Origin: a bacterium
GTDB lineage: Bacteria > Patescibacteriota > Patescibacteriia > Patescibacteriales > UBA12465
DNA length: 64,000 nt
Reading direction: 5' to 3'
NCBI GenBank assembly: GCA_035400585.1
Contig: DAOMZR010000002.1
Location: 79,364 to 143,363 of the forward strand
A program made the translations under genes and the position numbers. Below are positions 58,647 to 64,000 of the stretch, one piece after another. The notes below the pieces were generated by a model that worked only from the letters and a program-made list of their open reading frames with translations, had not been told where the DNA came from and searched no databases. Position 1 is the stretch's first letter. Each line of letters opens with the position of its first letter.

Positions 58647-60176
58647 TTATTTAATCAAATAATCCAAAGTATCTTTATAGTCATTAACTGTTTTTGTTAA
58701 TTTTTCTTCGTCTTTTTCATCCATAACCTTAACTTCTTTAATGTTTTTCAAAACATCTTGAGCGTTGTCTTTTACATATTCAATCAATCCTTTTTCAAAC
58801 TCTCTAATTTTATCGACTGGAATATTGTCCATCAAGCCATTAATTAAAGAAAAGAAAACAACTACTTGCAAAGCAACATCCATCGGTTCGTATTGATCTT
58901 GTTTTAATATTTCCATTAATCTTTTTCCTCTTTCCAATTTTTTTCTGGTTTCTTCATCTAGGTCAGAGCCAAATTGAGCAAAAGCAGCCAATTCTCTATA
59001 TTGAGCAGCCTCCAAACGCATTTTACCAGCTACCTTTTTCATAGCCTTAATTTGAGCACTACTTCCAACACGAGAAACAGAAAGGCCAGCATTAACCGCC
59101 GGACGATTTCCTTGATAGAATAAATCTGGCTCTAAATATATTTGACCATCGGTAATAGAAATAACATTAGTTGGAATATAAGCAGACACATCACCAGCTT
59201 GAGTTTCGATAATTGGAAGGGCAGTAATTGATCCACCACCAAAATCTTTATTTAATTTACAAGCTCTCTCCAATAAACGTGAGTGTAGATAAAAAACATC
59301 ACCAGGATAAGCTTCACGTCCAGGAGGTCTCTTTAAAAGCAAAGATATTTCTCTATAAGCAACAGCATGTTTGGATAAATCATCATAGATAATTAAAACA
59401 TCTTCTCCTTTATCTAAAAAGTATTCAGCCATAGCACAACCAGCATAAGGGGCAATATACAACAGTGAAGCCGGGTCACTAGCGCCAGCGACAACCACTG
59501 TAGTATATTCCATAGCTCCGGCATCTTTTAATTTAGCAACGATACCAGCAACTTTTGATTCTTTTTGACCAATAGCAACATAAATACATTTCATGTTTTG
59601 TCCTTTTTGATTGATAATAGTATCTATAGCAATGGCAGTTTTACCGATTTGACGATCTCCAATAATAAGCTCTCTTTGACCGCGACCAATCGGAATCATG
59701 GCATCAATAGCTTTAATGCCAGTTTGTACTGGTTCATTAACAGATTGACGAGTGATAACGCCAGGAGCAATTTTTTCAACTGGATAAAATTTTTCTGCTT
59801 TTATATTTTCCTGGCCATCCAAAGGAGTTCCTAGGGGACTAAGCACACGACCAACTATATCATCTCCAACTGGAACCTCTAAAATTCTTTTTAAAGCAAC
59901 AACTTCGCCTCCTTCTTTAATAGCACTACCATCTCCCAACAAAACAGCACCAACGCTGTCTTCTTCTAAGTTTAAAACTACACCAAAAACAGAGCCTGAT
60001 TCTGTTTTAAACTCAAGCATCTCGGACATCATCGCTTCTGATAATCCAGAAACTTTGGCAATACCGTCTCCAATTTCAACTACCTTACCAAAATTTTGTT
60101 CTTTGATTTCTGATTTAAAATCGGCAATTCTTTGTCTTATCTGCTCGATTATAAAATCTTTTGAATTATTTTCCAT
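58647..60176 (-). CDS. atpA: F1 ATP synthase subunit alpha
   Basis: [15 protein letters not shown] Walker A; 509 aa. Confidence 0.97.
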   Translation of the reverse strand: MENNSKDFIIEQIRQRIADFKSEIKEQNFGKVVEIGDGIAKVSGLSEAMMSEMLEFKTESGSVFGVVLNLEEDSVGAVLLGDGSAIKEGGEVVALKRILEVPVGDDIVGRVLSPLGTPLDGQENIKAEKFYPVEKIAPGVITRQSVNEPVQTGIKAIDAMIPIGRGQRELIIGDRQIGKTAIAIDTIINQKGQNMKCIYVAIGQKESKVAGIVAKLKDAGAMEYTTVVVAGASDPASLLYIAPYAGCAMAEYFLDKGEDVLIIYDDLSKHAVAYREISLLLKRPPGREAYPGDVFYLHSRLLERACKLNKDFGGGSITALPIIETQAGDVSAYIPTNVISITDGQIYLEPDLFYQGNRPAVNAGLSVSRVGSSAQIKAMKKVAGKMRLEAAQYRELAAFAQFGSDLDEETRKKLERGKRLMEILKQDQYEPMDVALQVVVFFSLINGLMDNIPVDKIREFEKGLIEYVKDNAQDVLKNIKEVKVMDEKDEEKLTKTVNDYKDTLDYLIK

Positions 60177-60190
60177 ATTTTTATATGAAT

Positions 60191-60592
60191 TTAATTTAAT
60201 AAACTATTTTTAAAAGAATTAATTTTATTCTTAATACTAGCGTCTATAATTTTATCACCATATTTTAAAACAAAACCACCTATTATTTTTTTATTTTCTT
60301 TTTCACTTATCTTAATATTCTCTGCTTTAGAAATCTTCTTTAAGTAAGATAAAACATCGTTTTTCAAATTAGACTCTAAAGACCTTGAACAGGTTATTTC
60401 AGCTTCAACTAAAGAATTTTCCTTATTCCAAAGCTCATTAAAATAAAAAATTATTTTTCCTATTTGGGATATATTATTATCAGTTTTCAAAACTTCAAAA
60501 AATTTATCTATTACATTTGAAAGCTCTTTACCCTCTTTACCTCTTGCCTCTAAAAACAGAGCTTGAGCATATTGTTTGGCTTTAATTTTCAT
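60191..60592 (-). CDS. atpH: F1 ATP synthase subunit delta (short form)
   Basis: Lies between atpF and atp[14 protein letters not shown] is typical of an OSCP/delta N-terminus. The track start at 60598 appears to be a TTG two codons upstream. Confidence 0.8.
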   Translation of the reverse strand: MKIKAKQYAQALFLEARGKEGKELSNVIDKFFEVLKTDNNISQIGKIIFYFNELWNKENSLVEAEITCSRSLESNLKNDVLSYLKKISKAENIKISEKENKKIIGGFVLKYGDKIIDASIKNKINSFKNSLLN

Positions 60593-60599
60593 AAACAAA

Positions 60600-61088
60600 T
60601 TAATTATTTAAAGCTTTCTTTATTATTTCACTATCCTTTTCATTATTCATTTTTTCTTCAATCACTTTCTCAACAGCCAAAACAACCAATTCTGACAAGT
60701 TATTTCTCATGTCTTTAAAAATTTCTATTTTTTCTTGATTAAATTTCTCTCTTTCTTTAACGATAGCTAAAGATGCTTCTTCTTGAGCCTTCTTAATAAT
60801 TTCATTGCCTCTTTTTTCAGCATTATCTTTGGCTTCATTTATCATATTCAAAGCCTCTTTTTTAGCCTCAATTAAAACTTCTTTTTCTTTTTCTCCAATT
60901 TCAACTAACTTCTGTGTGGCTTGTTCAGCGTTTTTGATACCCTCTTCTATTTTATTTTTTCTATCTTCTAAAAACTTAAAAATTGGCTTATAGGCAAACT
61001 TCCATAAAACAAAAACCAAGACAGCAAAGTTAACAAATTGGGCTAATAAAATTTTCCAATCAATACCTAAGGCATTAAGTAGTTCCAT
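60600..61088 (-). CDS. atpF: Fo ATP synthase subunit b
   Basis: N-terminal TM plus a long charged helix; operon position. Confidence 0.88.
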   Translation of the reverse strand: MELLNALGIDWKILLAQFVNFAVLVFVLWKFAYKPIFKFLEDRKNKIEEGIKNAEQATQKLVEIGEKEKEVLIEAKKEALNMINEAKDNAEKRGNEIIKKAQEEASLAIVKEREKFNQEKIEIFKDMRNNLSELVVLAVEKVIEEKMNNEKDSEIIKKALNN

Positions 61089-61180
61089 ATATTTATTTTT
61101 AAAATTTGAAAATAATTTTTAATGGCTATCGATTTAAAATCGACAGCTATCAAAAATCATTTGTTTAATAACAAACAAAA

Positions 61181-61459
<279 letters not shown>

Positions 61460-61476
61460 TTATTATATATAAATTT

Positions 61477-62217
61477 TTATTTTCCCTCTTCAGCGGACGA
61501 TTCAACAACCATTGACGTAAATACTAAGGTCAAGACAGCAAAAACGAAAGCTTGGACAACAGCTGTTAAAAGACCTAAAAACATAAATGGCAATGGTGCA
61601 AAAAATGGCATTAAAAACAAAATAACAGCAGTTAAAACTTCGCCAGCAAAGATATTTCCAAATAAACGGAAGGACAGGGAAACAACCTTGGCAATCTCGC
61701 CCACCAAATCCATTATTCCCAAAAAGAAATCTAACGGTCCTTTTAAATTAATAAACTTACCTACATATTTGAAAGGGCCTAGAACTGCAACAGAAACAAT
61801 TTGGGTTGTAATCACAGAAATTAAAGTCATCACTAACACTAAACCATAATCGGACATAATGGCTCTAAAAATTGGGACTGGGCTTCCTCCTTTATAAATT
61901 GTAAAAGCTGATTGTCCTGGAATATAAACTAACAAATTAGAAAACAATATAAAAAGAAACATTGTTCCAACTAAAGGAAAAATCTTTCTGGCTGGCTTTC
62001 CCGGCCCAATAACTGATTCAGTAAAAGAATAGGCTCCTTCAAGCAACATTTCTACAACGTTTTGAGTGCCACTTGGAACATTTTTCATTCTCTTAGCAAT
62101 TAAAACAAAAAAAACCATTAAAAACACGCTAGCGACAACTGTCCATAAAAAAGTGTTGGTTACTGGAAAAGAACCGATTGAAAAAAGTATATTAGAAGCT
62201 AGTGTAATATTTTCCAT
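61477..62217 (-). CDS. atpB: Fo ATP synthase subunit a
   Basis: LSFRLFGNIFAGE motif with the essential Arg. Confidence 0.93.
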   Translation of the reverse strand: MENITLASNILFSIGSFPVTNTFLWTVVASVFLMVFFVLIAKRMKNVPSGTQNVVEMLLEGAYSFTESVIGPGKPARKIFPLVGTMFLFILFSNLLVYIPGQSAFTIYKGGSPVPIFRAIMSDYGLVLVMTLISVITTQIVSVAVLGPFKYVGKFINLKGPLDFFLGIMDLVGEIAKVVSLSFRLFGNIFAGEVLTAVILFLMPFFAPLPFMFLGLLTAVVQAFVFAVLTLVFTSMVVESSAEEGK

Positions 62218-62223
62218 ATAAAT

Positions 62224-62511
62224 TTATTTATTTTCTTCCTCAGAATATTTATCTTCATCTGGGCGCTCTGTTTCCTTTTTTATTTGCTCCAAAGAAGCAT
62301 TAAACTCTTTAATTTTCTTAAAAATCAAAAAATTACTAAAAGCATACGAAACCAAGACAGATCCTAGAAGAATAAAAGGTTTTGTACCAAAAATTTTATC
62401 TAGAACGTAGCCGATGGCACCAATAGTCAATAAAGGCCCTAAAACAGAAAAGCTAATGTACATAAAAACACCCTTGGCTAAAGCTCTGTTTTCTTTAATT
62501 TTTTTCAACAT
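62224..62511 (-). CDS. AtpZ/AtpI-like small membrane protein at the head of the atp operon
   Basis: Two TM segments; GPLLTIGAIGYVLDKIFGTKPFILLGSVL resembles AtpZ-family proteins. Confidence 0.6.
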   Translation of the reverse strand: MLKKIKENRALAKGVFMYISFSVLGPLLTIGAIGYVLDKIFGTKPFILLGSVLVSYAFSNFLIFKKIKEFNASLEQIKKETERPDEDKYSEEENK

Positions 62512-62588
62512 AAAAACAATAAAAATTAAATACTCAGATTTAATTTTTATAAATACCCTTATTTTATTGGCATCATAAGACCAACTAA

Positions 62589-62617
62589 ATTATTAGTCAT
62601 AAAAAATAAAAAGTCAA
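62589..62617 (-). promoter_or_regulatory. candidate promoter of the atp operon
   Basis: Minus strand reads TTGACT-17 nt-AATAAT. Confidence 0.35.
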
Positions 62618-62639
62618 GAGTGTTTCGAAAAAACAAAAA

Positions 62640-62655
62640 AGAGGAAAACTCCTCT
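62640..62655 (-). terminator. terminator after ftsZ
   Basis: AGAGGA-AAAC-TCCTCT with A/T runs. Confidence 0.7.
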
Positions 62656-62679
62656 TTTTCTATTTAAAAATAAACCAAC

Positions 62680-63975
62680 TTATTTGTTAATTTTATTTCT
62701 GATAAAAGCTGGGACATCAAGTTCTGACTCCTCTTCGTCCTGCTGACTATTTAAACGGTTATTGGTCTTAAAAGATGGGGCGCTAACATCATCATCTATT
62801 TTGTCTTTATGAAACAAACTTTTGGAATTAAAATTAAAAATTGATTTCTTGTTATCCCTATCATCTTTTTCTAAATCAACAGATTTTTTGTTGATATCAT
62901 TCATTAAATCAAATTCTTTTTTGGACGATGTATAATAGTCAATGTCACGATTTGGATTAACTGTTTTTTTCTCACTTTCAACTTTTTTGCTTGGTTTAAT
63001 ATTTTTGTCATTAAAGCCAGTAGCAACGATGGTAACTTTTATTTCATCTCCCAAAGACTCATCAATAACTGCTCCAAAAACTATTTTAGCATCTTTGTCA
63101 GCTAAAGAATTAATCATTTTAGCTGCTTCACTTACATCATACATGCTTAGGTTGGCACCACCAGTTATAGTGAAAACAACACCTTTGGCACCTTCAATGG
63201 AATATTCAAGTAAAGGTGAATTAATAGCTGTTTTAACAGCATCAACTGCTTTGTTTTCTCCAGAACCCTGACCAATACCCATCAAAGCTGATCCGGTATC
63301 CGCCATAATATTTCTAACATCAGAAAAGTCAGCGTTGATTAATCCTGGAACTGTTATAATTTCTGAAATTCCCTGCACACCTTGTCGTAAAACATTGTCA
63401 GCAATTTTAAAAGAATCAACAAATGTTATTTTTTTATCAACTATTTCCAATAATTTTTCATTGGAAACAGTTATAATGGTATCTACTTTTTCTGCTAAAT
63501 TTTTATAACCTTCATCGGCTATTTTTTGTCTAGCGCCTCCTTCAAAGAAAAAAGGTTTTGTTACTACTGCTATAACCAATGGTTTTTTTGAATCCTCTTC
63601 AGATGCTTGTTTGGCTATTTCAGCGATTACTGGAGAAGCACCCGTTCCAGTTCCACCGCCCAAACCACAAGTTATAAAAACCATATCTGATCCTTTTAAA
63701 AGATCTCTAATTTCGTTTTGTGATTCTTCAGCCGCTTTTCTACCAATTTCCGGGTTCATGCCAGCACCAAGACCCCTGGTAATCATTTTACCAATGTTTA
63801 GCTTTTTACTAGCTTTGCTTTTCTGTAAATCTTGAATGTCTGTATTTATAGCAATAAATTCAACACCCCTTATACCCGATTCAATCATTCTATTGATAGC
63901 ATTTCCTCCGGCACCACCAACGCCAACAACTTTTATTTTGGCCGAGGTTTCAATGTTTGGTTTTATTTCTGGCAT
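62680..63975 (-). CDS. ftsZ: cell division protein FtsZ
   Basis: VGVGGAGGNAINRM and GLGGGTGTGASPVIAEIAK tubulin signature. Confidence 0.97.
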   Translation of the reverse strand: MPEIKPNIETSAKIKVVGVGGAGGNAINRMIESGIRGVEFIAINTDIQDLQKSKASKKLNIGKMITRGLGAGMNPEIGRKAAEESQNEIRDLLKGSDMVFITCGLGGGTGTGASPVIAEIAKQASEEDSKKPLVIAVVTKPFFFEGGARQKIADEGYKNLAEKVDTIITVSNEKLLEIVDKKITFVDSFKIADNVLRQGVQGISEIITVPGLINADFSDVRNIMADTGSALMGIGQGSGENKAVDAVKTAINSPLLEYSIEGAKGVVFTITGGANLSMYDVSEAAKMINSLADKDAKIVFGAVIDESLGDEIKVTIVATGFNDKNIKPSKKVESEKKTVNPNRDIDYYTSSKKEFDLMNDINKKSVDLEKDDRDNKKSIFNFNSKSLFHKDKIDDDVSAPSFKTNNRLNSQQDEEESELDVPAFIRNKINK

Positions 63976-64000
63976 ATTTTTATAAAAAACACGTCTGATG

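Overview
This window is an AT-rich, gene-dense bacterial chromosome segment, with most genes on the minus strand. It uses the standard genetic code: UGA terminates dprA at 28456-28458. The content is mainly core housekeeping:
- infC-rpmI-rplT-secG, and smpB followed directly by tmRNA and two tRNAs
- tig, a membrane pyrophosphatase, nusA
- a CsoR-like regulator upstream of trxA-gdh-trxB
- ychF, hsp20/VanW, dprA-topA, trpS, pheST, pth, rpoBC, mltG
- groESL with a CIRCE operator, a complete F1Fo atp operon, ftsZ
- six tRNAs and one tmRNA, none encoding CCA

I saw no CRISPR array, transposase, integrase, phage gene or recognisable defence gene. Four traits suggest a small-genome Candidate Phyla Radiation (Patescibacteria)-like organism, which is an inference: type IV pilin-fusion proteins, a VirB2/TrbC-like pilin, a lamin-tail-domain surface protein, and starts without Shine-Dalgarno motifs.

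The items most worth a second look are:
1. A 1116-aa prepilin-like protein in which a LamG lectin fold appears split by 14 tandem 41-aa propeller-type repeats. The array is organised as 2 x 7 repeats and contains a 228-bp perfectly identical tract.
2. A second pilin fused to a FISUMP domain.
3. An orphan promoter-hairpin-terminator unit encoding an unclassified GC-rich small RNA.
4. A tRNA-Ile with a UAU anticodon.
5. A two-Cys CsoR/CstR-like repressor with a GC-rich palindrome inside its own consensus promoter.
6. An ATP synthase c subunit carrying a two-carboxylate Na+-binding signature.

CDS coordinates follow the ORF track. Hand-located RNA and regulatory coordinates may be off by 1-2 nt.
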